Notes: generated by a model not told the origin, from the letters alone. A stretch of DNA of 64,000 nt from Felis catus (GCF_018350175.1 NC_058368.1:91080001-91144000), one strand, 5' to 3'; positions 37,418 to 51,256 are shown, counted from the first letter of the stretch. Translations and numbers: made by a program.

Positions 37418-38832
37418 TTAAACTTCACAGGAGTCATCATCTCTGAGAAATCTCTGATACTGAGTAAGGGAGGAGCTATAGATAAAAGGATTCCCATATT
37501 CCTTCCATTTATAGAGTTTTTCCTTAGTGTGAACTTTTTTGTGTCTACAAAGGTTTGATCTATAACTGTAGGCTTTCCCACACTCCATGCACTTGTAGAG
37601 TTTCTCGCCAGTATGGATCCTCTCGTGCTCTGTTAGGAATGAATACTGGCTGAAGGCTTTCCCACACTGATTACACTGGTAGGGTTTCTCTCCAGTGTGA
37701 ATTCTCTGATGCCTGTAAAGGTTGGATTTGCAACCAAAGGCTTTCCCGCATTCTCCACATGGGTAAAGCTTTTCCCCGGTGTGAATTTTACGATGTTCAC
37801 TGAAGGATGAATACTGGTTGAAGGCTTTCCCACATTCATTGCACTGGTAGGGTTTCTGACCAGTATGAATTCGCTGGTGTTCAATAAGGGTGGAGATGCG
37901 TGTGAAGGTTCTCCCACATTCCAAGCATTTACACAGCTGTTCTCCAGTATGAAGCTTCTGATGTTCAGCCAGGGATGCAAACTGGCTGTAACCTTTCCCA
38001 CATTCACTGCATTTATAGGGTTTCTCCCCTGTGTGGATTCTTTGGTGTCTGTGAAGTTTTGCTCTACAATTGAAGGCCTTCTCACATTCAGCACATTTAT
38101 AGAGTTTCTCTCCAGTATGAATCCTCTGATGTACAGTGAGGGTTGAACACTGGCTAAAGGCTTTACCACATTCCTTACACTGGTAGGGTTTCTCACCAGT
38201 GTGCACCCTCAGGTGTTTGATTAGGGTCGAGCTGCTGCTAAACGCCTTCTCACATTCATTACATTTGTAAGGTTTCTCTCCAGTATGAATTCTCTGATGG
38301 GCAAGAAGGGAGGATCTGTGGCTAAAGGGTTTCCCACACTCACTACATCTGTAGGGTTTCTCACCAGTGTGAATTCTCTGGTGTTCAATCAGATGGAGAC
38401 TATGGTTGAAGCTTTTCCCACATTCATTACAAAGATGAGGTTTTTCTCCTGGGTAAATCTGGATGCATCTCATTAAATCAAAATTCTGTTTAAAATCTCT
38501 CCCAAAAGTGTAATATATATTGGGTATCCTTTCTATAGGAACACTCTGTTGTGTGACAAGAATTGTATTTATAAGTAAGCCTTTCCCCAATTCAAGACGT
38601 GTCTGCTTTACATCTCCACTCACAGTTTTTTCGTGTGAGGTCATGATTTGCTGAAGAGGTTTCTTCCGTTGCTCCTGTTCTGTTCCACTCTCCAATTCCA
38701 AAGTCTGTCCAAAATCGATGTCCCAGTGACCAAACTTAATGGACTTTTTCTTTATTATTCCCTGAGATGTTTCTTCTATAGAAATGTCCTGTCTGGGAGG
38801 TGAGGCTTCCATTTCAGGCCAAGTCTTGAAAC
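37418..38832 (-). CDS. ZNF354C: ZNF354C last exon: linker plus 11 C2H2 zinc fingers and a degenerate C-terminal finger
   Basis: Minus-strand ctccag|GTTTCAAG acceptor gives (G)[15 protein letters not shown]..., joining ORF 37418-38812. TGEKPY linkers. Ends ...[31 protein letters not shown], matching ZNF354C as recalled. Confidence 0.93.
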
Positions 38833-38934
38833 CTGGAGTGGATCAGAAGCATTAACGGCACCTCTACAGGAAGAGTGAAACATGCAACCGTGGAACAGTA
38901 AAATTGGCAATAGTACATATAAAACAGGTCTGAG

Positions 38935-39467
38935 AGGCGGCTGGGTGGCTCAGTCAGCTGAGCGTCCGACTCTTGGTTTCAACTCAGGTCATGATCCCAG
39001 GGTTGTGGGATCCAGCCCCATGTCGGGCTCTGCACTGAAAGTGGAGCCTGCTTGAGATTCTCTCTATCCCTCTCTCTCTGCCCTTCTCCCCTGCTCTCTC
39101 TCTCTCTCAAAAAATAAATAAATAAAAGAGGTTTTATACCTCTTTTGATCTCAAATATGGACTTGCCACTGGGGGAAAAACAGGATAGGATGGAAAGGAA
39201 GAGTGGTAAACAGGTGAAAGAGTGGTGTCGGAGAATAGAGTGAACAGAATAACACTGGAAACAAAGACATTGCAACTTGAGAGAAGCAGAGGCAGAGAGA
39301 ACGGGTTGAGCTGAAGGTATGAGGCTACAGAAAAACGTTAGCTCCTAAGTTCGAGTTGAATAAACTGTGGCATATTTCAGTGTATCATTTCCTGTTCTGT
39401 ATGCCGGGCCATGAGGTAGGTAACTTGTCTTTATTTTCTCCTTTTTTTTTTTTTAAAGTTTACTTAC

Positions 39468-39507
<40 letters not shown>

Positions 39508-42500
39508 TGCATAATCTCTACACCCAACATGGGGCTCAAACTCACAAGCCCAAGATTTAGAGTTGTGTGCCCCTCCAAGTGAGTCAGCCAGGCACCCATA
39601 TCTTCTTTCTATTCACATGTGGTTTTTATGATGTTAGTGCCCATAACTGAAACTCTAGGTGCGATCATTTAAAAATATCTGTGATGTTTTCCTTAAATTT
39701 TGTGAATCTGTATGTGAATATGATTTCGTATCATAGTCTGTGAAAGGAGAAACAGTCTGTTAATAAGAGGGTGCTCAGGTTTTCAAACTTATAGCAGCCC
39801 TGAAGCATGACTGTATTGAGGATTTCTGATCTAAATTCAAGATGCTGACTACAAAGAAGAGGAAAATATGGAATAAATCAGCCTTGTGCAACAACCTATC
39901 CCTGGTGATTGGAGGAATAACAGTTTTGTTCACACCTCCCTGCCCCCACTTTTCCCTTCCAAATTGATCACGAGGAAAAATAGATACAGTCATCTCTTCT
40001 AATAAGCTGCAACCAGAAGACTGACCTCCTTCTGTAGGAATCTTTTTATTTTTATATTTGTATTATTTATTAAAGTTTTAATTTTTTTAATGTTTATTCA
40101 TTTATTTGAGAGAGAGAGTGAGAGAGAGACAGAGTTTGAGTAAGGGAGGGGCAGAAAGAGAAGGAGACACAGAATCCGAAGCAGGTTCCAGGCTCTGAGC
40201 TGTCACCACACAGCCTGACGTGGGGCTCAAACTCACGAACCGTGAGATCATGACCTGAGCCGAAGTTGGACACTTAACAGACTGTCACCCAAGCGCCCCC
40301 TAAAGATTTTATTTTTAAGTAATCTCTATACCCAGCATGGGGCTCAAACTCACAACCCCAAGATCAAAGGTCTCATGCTCCACTGACTGAGCCAGCCGGG
40401 CACCCCTGTGAGAATCTCTTTAGACAAATGCAAGTTTACAAGAAATGTGGAGTCAATATGCCCCAAAGTTCTGAAATATGCCTAAGCCCCAAGCTCAGAT
40501 ATGATGTTAAGTGAAAGGATTCAGCTTGAGCTGATTCTATGGAAAGCTCAAATCTGGCTTTCTTTAATCAATCCATGATTGAAAATAGGTTAAAACTAGG
40601 TCTGTGTAATTAGGTAATTGTATATACTTAAATTTAGGTTAATAAAAATCCATCAGGTTTTAGTAATAAAATATATATGATTAAAATTAAATAATAAGAG
40701 GAAAAAGGCACACAGGCTATAAATCTGTATAAAAATATAGATTTTTCTTCAAGATGTTAATGGAAAACCTAACAGTTTGCAAGTTAAAGGATTGACCAGG
40801 GTACCTCCCCTCTTTTTATCCTTTGTCACAATATGACATTCCCTGCCCATCCAGAAATCTACTAGGCTACTCTAATCTCATTTTTCTAAAGAAATTTAAT
40901 GACTAAAGCCTAAATCAGTCTCTCTCTCTCTCTCTTCCAAAACATATTTTACTTAAACATTCTATCACTTAACATATATACATACACGAAGTCTGAAAAT
41001 AATTCAAGTGTTTGTTCAAGGAGAATATCTTGATTATTGTTAATGTACATTATTAGTGTATATTAATATAGACATATTATGTATATATATGTATATACTA
41101 TACATACATATTGTATATTATACACGCTATAATGTATATTACATACCTATATTATACATTAACATTATAAACATTAACATCATTATTTGTTAATTCCTTA
41201 CTGTGCACATGGTAAGTATACAATTAGAGTGTCTTGCATAAAAAAAATAATGGGAGAATGTGGGTGGTGCAATCGGTTAAGCAACTGACTCTTGATCTTG
41301 GCTCAGGTCATGATCTCACAGTATAGGAGTTTGAGTCTGGCATTAGGCTCTGCACTGATGGTGCGAACCCTGCCTGGAATTCTGTCTCTCCTCTCTGCCC
41401 GCCCCTTCTTGTGCTCTCTTTCTCTCTCAAAATAAATAAACATAAAAAACAACAAAACTGGGCAGAGTTAGTTGGAAAAATTATGAAGAGCAGGTGACCT
41501 CAAAAATGAAAAGGGATTCCCTCCTCTTATAACAGACTCCTGAAACCCAGTCATTTATTGAACAAATAGTGAATAATCAGCAATGATAATATGAAACGTA
41601 CAAATGATTAAACAGTAATGGTTCATTTCTCCTTGATATGAGAAGACTCGGCTGTATAATGTTGGTGTGAGGTTCAGAGAACCAAGACACCAACACCAAC
41701 AGTATTAGCAAGGAGTGGTTCTATAAAGGAAGCTGGATAATAAAGAGCAAGGGGATGGATTTCAGTAGAAAACGAAAAGAGGAGTCTATGAGTCAGAAAG
41801 AAGGCCTGATCAAAGTCATCTGTGGGGAAAGTAAACCTATTTGGGGGCGGGGGAAGGGGCTTAATGACCAAAAGAGGAAATCCAGGTTCGAATTCATTTA
41901 AAAATTTTTTTTTAATGTTTATTTATTTTTGAGAGAGAGAGAGGGTGCACGTGCAAGAGAGCAAGCGCACTAGAGGGGGAGGGGCAGAGAGAGAGGGAGA
42001 CACAGAATCTGAAGCAGGCTCCAGGCTCCGAGCTGTCAGCACAGAGCTTGAGCTCATGACCTAAGCTGAAGTCAGAGGCTTAACTGACTGAGCCACCCAG
42101 GCGCCCCTGGAATAACAGGGTAAAGCCAAACACAGAGTTCCTGAACAACTGGCAGAAGAATTCAGAATAATAATACAGGTCACAGGAGGGATTGTAAGTT
42201 CTTAGGCAGATAATAATAGGAAACGGTGGCCTTATTTGGTAAGAATGAGGACAGAGTGGAAGGTGAACAATGATATAGCTGCCATGGTCTGGTTGCACTG
42301 AGTACTTAAATCTGAGCTTCCTCGGCACTGAGTTAATCATAAAGGCAGTTCAATTACACTCAAAAAATATTAAGTGAAGGCAGTATATTTGATGCTACAG
42401 GCACAGAATTCAAAGACAGACCTGGTTTCTTCCTTAAATATGCACAGTCCAATTAGGAAAAGAAATAACAGGAGAATAACTATAATTCACTACAACAGAT

Positions 42501-43265
42501 GCTGTAATGGATGTGTTCAAGGCATCCAGAAAGTGCTGTATGAATGCGACTGACTGGAAAATGGATGCTGACTGGGAAGCAGGAAAAAATAAGAAAAACC
42601 CACAGATGAGGGGGGGCAGATGGATCTAAGGTTTCCTGTGGACAAGGGGGAAGCAGTAACCCGAGAAGGAATGACACACAAATGTTAATGAGGGTTCAGG
42701 TTTGGCCAGAACACGGAGCCGGAGTGGAAGTGGCCACTGATTCCTATAAAGCAACATGGAGACAGGCTACGAAGTAGGTTTAATGTCACATTAAGGAATT
42801 TTACTTTACTCCGTGGATAAAGAGAGAAACAACAAGGTCTCTTAAGGTATGGGAATAACACCTGAGTTTTGAAAAGATCAATCACTCTGCTGATGGCCCA
42901 GAAGGTGAGAGAGGAGAACAAGGCTCAGAGAAGGTAGGTAACTTTCCCCATAGCTCAGAGCACTTGGAAGCAGTGGCAGGGGTAACATGAAATCAGGAAA
43001 TGTCCAAAGTCAAATCATGATCTTATGTGCTAGGCTGTACTACTCAGTAACTCTTTCTTTGGAGAAAACTGTATTTTGTTTTCTTTTTTAATTTTTTTAA
43101 TGTTTCTTTATTTTCAAGAGAGAGTGCACATGCACATGTGCATGAGTTGGCGAGAGGCAGAGAGAGAAGAAGACACAGAATCCCGGGGCTCGAACTCATG
43201 AACCATAAGACCATGACCTGAGCCGAAGTTGGACACTTAACTGACTGAGCCACCCAGGTGCCCCT
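38935..43265. mobile_element. Multiple CAN-SINEs in the ZNF354C intron (~38935-39126 +, ~39440-39597 - with (ATCT)n, ~40080-40406 - nested pair, ~41258-41450 +, ~41897-42107 -, ~43080-43265 -)
   Basis: SINEC heads and tails on both strands. TSD agaaaactgtatttt around the last copy. Confidence 0.85.
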
Positions 43266-43616
43266 AGAAAACTGTATTTTAATAAAGGTGAAAAGTATTT
43301 GTGAAGACAACGAGCAAACAAAACATGCCAATAAAGGCAAGAATCATAGATTATAAAGGTCAAACCACAAAGACCACAAACCACAAAATATTGCCCAGTC
43401 TGTGTCACATGAACAGAAATGACACTGGTGAGCGAGGCTTTTCTCACTACTTTTCAGCTTTTCCACCTCTGCCAGCAAAGTGTTTGACAACCTCTGATGC
43501 ACTGTTTCTTCCATGATAAAGAGAGGTATCTAAATCTGACGGTCTTCAAGTGATCTTCTAACTTCAACAACTTACAGTTTTATGGTAAAGACCAGTGAGT
43601 TTAGACTAGGCTAGAA

Positions 43617-43840
43617 GAGGAGTCTACAAACTACAGGTCTCTGGGCCAACTCCAGCTGATACCTCCTTCTGGTGCTAGAAGGCAGCCACACCTATGGGTT
43701 GACTACTTACTGTCTCTGCCTGCATTTGCATTACCTTGCACTAAGATGGCGGAGTTTAAGGACTGCAAAAGTGGCCTGTGGCCCCCAATGCCAAAATATT
43801 TACCATCTGGTCCACTGTGGGAAAAGCATGCCAAGCCCTG
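43617..43840 (+). mobile_element. MER58A-like hAT MITE
   Basis: gaggagtctacaaactacagg ... gccaaaatatttaccatctggtcc...gaaaagcatgccaagccctg. Confidence 0.7.
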
Positions 43841-44332
43841 GACCAGAAAAGCTACAGAGGTCCAGGGGAGCTGGTTGACTCTCACAGTGGGACACGACAG
43901 CCCCAGTCTCCAGGGACATAAAAGGGAAATGCTGAGTTAAGAAACCGGAGACACGGAAGCGTTGACAACACCCTGAAATATGGGGTTGTGAGAGAAATTA
44001 CAAAGAATTCAAGACGCAACTGAAGGTGTAGTTTTTCAAGTCTGTCATGTGTAATTGCAGATGGAAAGAAAACCGTGGAGATCAAGAGGCCAAGACAGCA
44101 GAAGGAAGTGGGTGAAGTGGCAGAGAAGGAAAGAGGGAAAGTGGGGCGTGTTAAGCGAACAAAGAGGTCTACTCAGGGGCCTTTTGCTGCAAAGAAAACC
44201 ATTATCACCAAGGAACTTCCCGTGAGGGGGCCCTGGCTCAGCACTTCCAGCAAAATTCTCAGAGCACCGCCTCCTCCTGACCTGCTCTCATATATACCCC
44301 GCCCTGTGCCCGGTTCCCAGCCGTGCACTCAC

Positions 44333-44428
44333 CCAGACAGGCGTCTTGAGGGGTTTCCCTTTCCACCACGCAAGGATCCTTGCCTTGCTGCAACCGGCAG
44401 ATCACCTTTGGCGTCGAAGATGGAATCC
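44333..44428 (-). CDS. ZNF354C: ZNF354C KRAB-B exon
   Basis: gagcag|GGATT ... CTGG|gtgagt. 96 bp, phase 1 to 1. Encodes GIPSSTPKVICRLQQGKDPCVVERETPQDACL. Confidence 0.92.
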
Positions 44429-44820
44429 CTGCTCGTGGGGAAGGGAATGGAGTTTGAGCAGATGGGGCAAGTCCAGAGCTCACAAACCAGACCCAACAGG
44501 GCAGAGAAGGGAGCCTGGGGAGGTGGGGCACGCAGCACATCGCGGGTGGGTTTGGTTCAGAAACAACACAGCCTTATCCCTCTTCCCCCCTGACCCCCCA
44601 CAGGACCCAGTGAGTGGAGGAGGACCACCCTGGTCAGGAGGAGGACCACCCTGGTCAGAAGGCAGGTGGGAGGAAGGCAGAGGAAGGGCATCCGGACACA
44701 AATGCATGCCTTGAATCCGCAAAGGCTCTTCCTTTCCCAGGGGCTCGTTAGGGGAGAAACTGCGGACTCTGAACCCCACAGGGGCAGCTCTAAGGCGCTC
44801 CCGCAGCGGATTCTCCCTTA

Positions 44821-44988
<168 letters not shown>

Positions 44989-45669
44989 TCACCCAGGACC
45001 AAGTTCTCCACCACTCGGTAACGCCGGTGACGCAGGGATGTGCGACAACCAACCCTGATGTCCCAGGATTCTAAGTATATTTCAAATGGACTATTTATGT
45101 TACTTTTGGGACCCCCCCCCCATCGACAATTATACAAATATTTACTGAGAACCCACCAGGTGTTGTGAGGGCAAAGTCGGGGAGAAAGGCCAAGTCCCCG
45201 CCAAAAGGGAATTTAAATCCCAGGCTGGGATCTGTCAAGTGAGCACAGACATCCACCTCCCTCTCACTCAAAATCCAAATTAAAGGAAAGGGGGGGGGGG
45301 ATCAGAATACACTTAGAACAATGCCAGAAAACTGGAAAAGCCATTAGCAGAACCGAAACAAAAAAGAATTTCTGAGATGTAAAAGCAAATGATAAAAATA
45401 GTATTAGCTCATGTTTATTGAACACTTGTATGTCAGGAACTATGACAGGAACTTTGAACATAGTATCTTCACGAAGTTTCACAGAAATTCTATGAGGAAG
45501 ACACTATAATTAAATTGTTTTGCAAGTGAAGAAGCAGCTCAGAGAGGTTACGTTACCTGCCAAGGTAATCCTGTTAGAAACTAGTAGCGATTGGAACTGA
45601 ATTCAGGCAGACTGACCACTAAACTAGACTGTCACATAGGTATCCACTGTCTATGGAAATTAAAAGACC

Positions 45670-46190
45670 CGGGGTCCCAGAGCTTCCTTGGGATTCTTAG
45701 TCTCCCTCTCTCTCTCTGTCCCTTCCCCACTGGCTCTTGGTCTCTCTTAAAAATACACATTTTAAAGAAATTAAAAGTAAATAAAAGACCCAAAGAACCT
45801 GCAAGACTATACACGTGCCAAAAGGGACTGTGAGAAAGTCAGTTCTTCCAAGAGAACTCCGTTAATCCCCAAAATGAGAGAAATCAGAGGCTGGCCAATT
45901 ATCAACTCTTATATGAAGGAGATATAAGGCATGAAAAAGGAATATGTATGCTTTCACCTTGTGATTCTACTGTTAGGAGTCCACTATAAGAGAGCCTCAC
46001 ACAAATGAGTAGGGGTATTTGTTCAAAGATGTTTCTGGAAACTTTATTTGTAAGCCAATGGTTGTGGTAGGCTGAGTAACAAAACCTGTGAATATTATAT
46101 ATATGACTAAAAGGACCCTGAAGATCTTCTTAAGGATTTTATTTTTGAGATGAGAAGATTCTGATTATCCAGATGGATCTGGTATATATA

Positions 46191-46234
<44 letters not shown>

Positions 46235-47492
46235 AAAGTATTTGGAAGAATACAACAAGCCATCCACCCTGATTATTCTTTCATGTTTGTGGAGGAGCAG
46301 AAAAGCAATTTTTTGCTTACTACTCTCTACCCTTCCAGTAGGCTGACATTGTTTACAGGGTGTGTGCATTTATTCCGAAATTTTTAATTTTTTTATTTTT
46401 TGGAGAGAGAGAAAGTGCATGTGTGGGAGGGGGAGCAGAGAGAGATTGAGAATCTCAAGCAGGCTTCACACTCAGCATGGAGCCCTATGTGGGGCTTTAT
46501 CTCATGACCCTGGGATCATGACCTGAGCTGAAATCAAGAATCGAATGCTCAACCGACTGAGCCAGTCAGGCGTCCCTGTTTTGAAATTGTTTACATTCCA
46601 CTTTATGTATTGACTTTTCAGCTATACCTCTTTGCATTTTTTTAAAGATTAGAAAAAAATTTTTTTTAAGTAATCGCTACACCCAGCGTGGGGCTCGAAC
46701 TCACACCCCCAAGATCAAGAGTCTCAGGCTCCTCTGCCTGAGCTAGCCAGGCGCCCCACCTCTTTACATTTTTAGTGGTTGCTCTGAGAATTATACATCC
46801 TTAGTTCTTTATAGTCTATTAGAGCGAATATCTGATTTCACACAGAACGCAAGAACTTGCAAGTGTATGGGAACACCACCCCTTCTTCATGCTATCGTTG
46901 TTAAAAAGACGCTCCCTGTTCAGAGGGCTGGCAGGACTCACCAGACCTCACCAAGCACGCTCATGGGAGGCAACAGGTACAAGTGCAACAAGACAGAGAG
47001 AGTGCAGCGAAGCCCTGGAGGACGGAGACATGTTCCATGGGCAATCTCCCTGTCCTTGTGCACACAGCCTAGGCCCTGTCCCTGGATCTGTAGGAGGAAC
47101 TTTGAATCAGAAGGGCTTAAAGGGGAAACGCTCAGCAGGGGCCTTTTGTGTGTCAAGCAAGGCTTGTCAAACAAGGTAGGCCAGCTCCCAACCACCTGAG
47201 ATGACCACCCTGGGGGGAGCCAGTGGCACTGGGATCTTAAACAGCACATCCACTGCCTTTATTGTGCCTCAGAGTCAAAAATCAGCCATCCAGGCCCTCC
47301 CCAGAGATGAAGATAGAGCTTTTCTGGAGATAAAGACAGAGCTTTTTAAGTCCAACCATAAATGAACTCTAGACCCACAACTGTCATGTGTATTACCTCC
47401 ACCTGTGTTATAAACCCCATGATACAGTATTATGTTTTTGCTCTAAACAATCATAGGCATTTTATTTTTTTATTTATTTTTTAATGTTTATT

Positions 47493-47547
<55 letters not shown>

Positions 47548-48440
47548 GAGAGCACAAGCAGGGGAGGAGCGGAGAGAGAGGGAGACACAGAATCTGAAGC
47601 AGGCTCCAGGCTCCGGGCTCCGGGCTACCAGCACAGAGCCCAATGTGGGGGCGGGGCTTGAACCTACCAACCGTGAGATCATGACCTGATCCGAAGTCAG
47701 ACGCTCAACCGACTGAGCCACCCAGGCACTCCAATCATAGGCATTTTAAAGACACTGAGAGGAAAAAGTATTTATATATTTACATTTATCCAATGGCCCC
47801 TCCTTTTCCAATGCTCTTTATTTCCTTCCTAAGGTGAGAGCTCCCATCTGGCATTACTTCCTGTCAGCTTGAAGCAAGCATATACTTTAGCATATATTGC
47901 AGGGTGGGCCTGCAGACCACGACTTAGGTTCATTTTCATTTATCTGAAAATGTCTTTACTTAATTCTTTTTCTTTTTTTTTTTTTTTTTAAGTTTATTTG
48001 AGAGAGAGGGATAGCGAGCAAGTGAAGCAGGGGAAGAATGACAGGGAGAGAATCCCAAGCAGGCTCCACACCCTCAGCGCAGAGCCTAATGCGGGGCTCA
48101 ATCTCTCGACTATGAGATCATGACCCGAGCCAAAATCAAGAGTCTGATGCTTAACCGACTGAGTCACCCAGGCGCCTCTACTTCATCTTCCTTCTTAAAG
48201 AATATTTTCATTGGTGGGGCACCTGGGAGGCTCAGTTGGTTAAGCATCCGATTTCGGCTCAGGTCATGACCTCACAGTTCGTGGGTTGGAGCCCTGCATC
48301 GGGCTCTGTGCTGACAGCTTAAAGCCTGGAGCCTGTTTCGGATTCTGTGTCTCCCTCTCTCTCTCTGCTCCTCCCCCCGCTCATGCTGTCTCTCTCTCTC
48401 CTTCAAAAATAAATAAAAACATTAAAAAAAATTTTTTAAA
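45670..48440. mobile_element. CAN-SINEs within old L1 remnants (~45670-45785 +, ~46380-46576 -, ~46655-46757 -, ~47460-47730 -, ~47965-48176 -, ~48217-48440 +)
   Basis: SINEC consensus. TSDs caatcataggcatttt and ttaaagaatattttcat. Confidence 0.85.
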
Positions 48441-48959
48441 GAATATTTTCATCGGTTATAGAATTCTGGGTTCACAGTTTCTTTCTTTCATGTAAAACAC
48501 CACTCGATCATTTTCTGGCCCTTGTTTCTGATGAGAAGCCAATGGACGTTCAGATACTGATGCTCTGTATTTAGTACAGTACTCTTTATTCTATCTGCTT
48601 TCAAATCTTCAGTTTTCAGTAAATTAGAGGTCAAAAAAAACTCACAAAAAACGCTGAGTTGCAAACATCCTCCTCTTCATCTTCCCTTAGCTGAAATCAA
48701 GTGGGTCTCTCAGAAAAGCTTGCGGGTGTGGGAAAAGCTCAGACAGTGAAAATCCCACCTGGGGCAGAAGGCACCCCAGGTGATGGCTGGGTATTGCTTT
48801 CACTTCATTTTGCTGGCCTTTACATTTTGGTTTTCCACAACACACATCTCCTTGTAATTAGAGAATCAAAGCAAAGTCCAGCCTAGTGGCAAGAGGCAGA
48901 CCAATTTGGCAGGCCCTAAAATAATGTCGTTGCTGCTTATGATGACAATAATGGTAGTT

Positions 48960-49320
48960 AACAGCTAGCATTTACTGAGATTTAATATGTACCATGCACT
49001 GTTCTCAGAATTTTACGTATACTTAAGTTCTCAGAGCATAACATTAATGTATATACGGTCTTATCTGGGTTCGAGGCTAGCTGGAAGACCCTGGTCAAGT
49101 TACTTGCTCCTCTGTGCCTCAGTTTCCTCACCCGTAAAATGCAGATATTAACAGTCCTGTTACATGGATCAAACGAGGTATGTATGTCATTAATCCCACT
49201 TACAAATAAGGAAATGAGGCACACAGAGAGAAAATAACTTGCCAAGGTCACAGCCCCAGCTTGGAGGTGAACTTATGAACTCAAGTTCCAGAGTCTACAT
49301 TTGTAACATGTAGGCTACCA
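48960..49320. mobile_element. MIR SINE remnants (one on each strand)
   Basis: tctgtgcctcagtttcctcacccgtaaaatg and gaaatgaggcacacagagagaaaataacttgccaaggtcacag core motifs. Confidence 0.7.
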
Positions 49321-49537
49321 CTACTTTGGGGGAAAGCAGTCAATGAAAACAGAGGCTTTGGGGCTGGCAGAACAGAAAACCCACGGAAGGAACAGGAGCT
49401 GGCGTTGGGGGAAAGCTGAGACTTCCATGTGGAAATATTTCCTAAGAGTTCTAGACTGTGTCTCTAGAGAAAAGTTGAGGCCTGAGAACAGAGATTTGGG
49501 AAAGATCTTCAGGTTAAAGTAATGAAAATGGATCTTA

Positions 49538-50488
49538 GGGGCGCCTGGGTGGCTCGGTTGGTTAAGCATCTGACTCTTGATTTCGGCTCAGGTCATAATC
49601 TTGCAGTTCATGAGATCAAGCCCGGAAAAGGGCTATGCACTGACAGCATGGAGCCTGCTTGGGATTCTCTCTCTCCCTCTTTCTCTGCCCCTCTCCCCCA
49701 CTCTCTCGCAAAAATAAACTTTAAGGGGCGTCTGGGTGGCACAGTCGGTTAAGCGTCCGACATCAGCCAGGTCACGATCTCACGGTCCGTGAGTTCGAGC
49801 CCCGCGTCAGGCTCTGGGCTGATGGCTCGGAGCCTGGAGCCTGTTTCCGATTCTGTGTCTCCCTCTCTCTCTGCCCCTCCCCCGTTCATGCTCTGTCTCT
49901 CTCTGTCCCAAAAATAAATTAAAAACGTTGAAAAAAAAAATTTTTTTTAAATAAATAAATAAAATAAACTTTAAAAAAAAAAAGAGGGGCGCCTGGGTGG
50001 CTCAGTTGGTTAAGCGTCTGACTTTGGCTCAGGTCATGATCTCGCAGTTTTTAAGTTTGAGCCCCATGTTGGGCTCTATGCTGACAGCTCAGAGCCTGGA
50101 GCCTGCTTTGGATTCTGTGTCTCCCTCTCTTTCTGCCCCTCCTCTGCTCACACTCTGTGTGCCTCTCTCTCTCTCAAAAATAAATAAACGTTAAAAAAAT
50201 TTTTTTAAAATACATATGGAAGTGGAATGGGAATTCAAGTTCAAGGAATAAAGGGAAAATGTACAGTTTTCAGGGGTGCCTGGGTGGCTCATTCGGTTAA
50301 GCTTCTGACTGGCTCAGGTCATGATCTCACATTTCATAGGTTTAAGCCCCGCGTCAGGCTCTGTGCTGACAGCTCAGAGCCTGGAGCCTGCTTCAGATTC
50401 TGTGTCTCCCTCTCTCTCTGCCTCTCCCCTGCTCACACTCTGTGTGTGTCTCTCTCTGAAAGATAAATAAATGTTAAAAAAAGAAAAA
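49538..50488 (+). mobile_element. Nest of four CAN-SINEs, including a young cat-type copy (~49724-49960)
   Basis: Four SINEC heads. Outer TSD GAAAATGGATCT; inner TSD aaaataaactttaa. Confidence 0.92.
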
Positions 50489-51256
50489 GAAAATGGATCT
50501 AAAAAGGGCAAAGAGCAAGAAGGGCCCAGGAGGGGAGTGTGAATAAATCAAAGCCAGTAGACAAGATTCAGAGGAGAAGACAGAGATAATTAGTCAGATG
50601 GATAAGGAAGACATCTGGACAGTTTACCGTCACACCTGTGCTCGGCTCCCAGCCCCCTGTCCTCCCAAGTGCTGGCCTCAGAGCCCAAGCTAAGCTGAAC
50701 TCCTTCTGGCCTTCAGTATCAGCTCAAAATGACCCCACTACTTCCAGGATCTTTTCCCTAACTCCTCTTGGACCTTTAATCATTTCCTAACTGAGATCAA
50801 TACGATGAACTCCCTGAAGACAGAAACAACCTCTTTCCTCTTCGTGACCCCAGTGCTCTGAACAGTATCCTGTGGATAGTCGGTGCTCAGTAAGTGTTTT
50901 TTGAAGGTGTCTTTGGTCCTTCCAAGCAAGACTGTATCCTCTGTGAAGACGAAGACTGTCTAATACACCATGCCCCCACCAAGCGCTTATTGTAGCCCAA
51001 AGCACATGTTCAGCGAGCGCTGCCTCTGTCTTTGGTCATGAAACTGGATTTAGGGTGAATTAAGAGTGACATAGAGACAGAGGAAGCACATTCCTCAGCA
51101 GCCCCTCCATGAATCCTGGATCCTGGGGAAAACTTAAAGAACCCTGGATTCCCCAGGTTTTGTTGGAGAGAAAAGTACTCAAAGAATGGAAACATGTGCA
51201 CCCTCTCTAAACCCAGAAAGCGATTCATGAGAAAGACAATCTTCACTTACTTTCAC

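Noticed and set aside
37633..38476. Alternative-frame and antisense ORFs over the zinc-finger exon (also at 62729-63954)
   Set aside because: Well-known by-product of repetitive C2H2 codon structure (RNPT/ERN motifs). No independent coding evidence.
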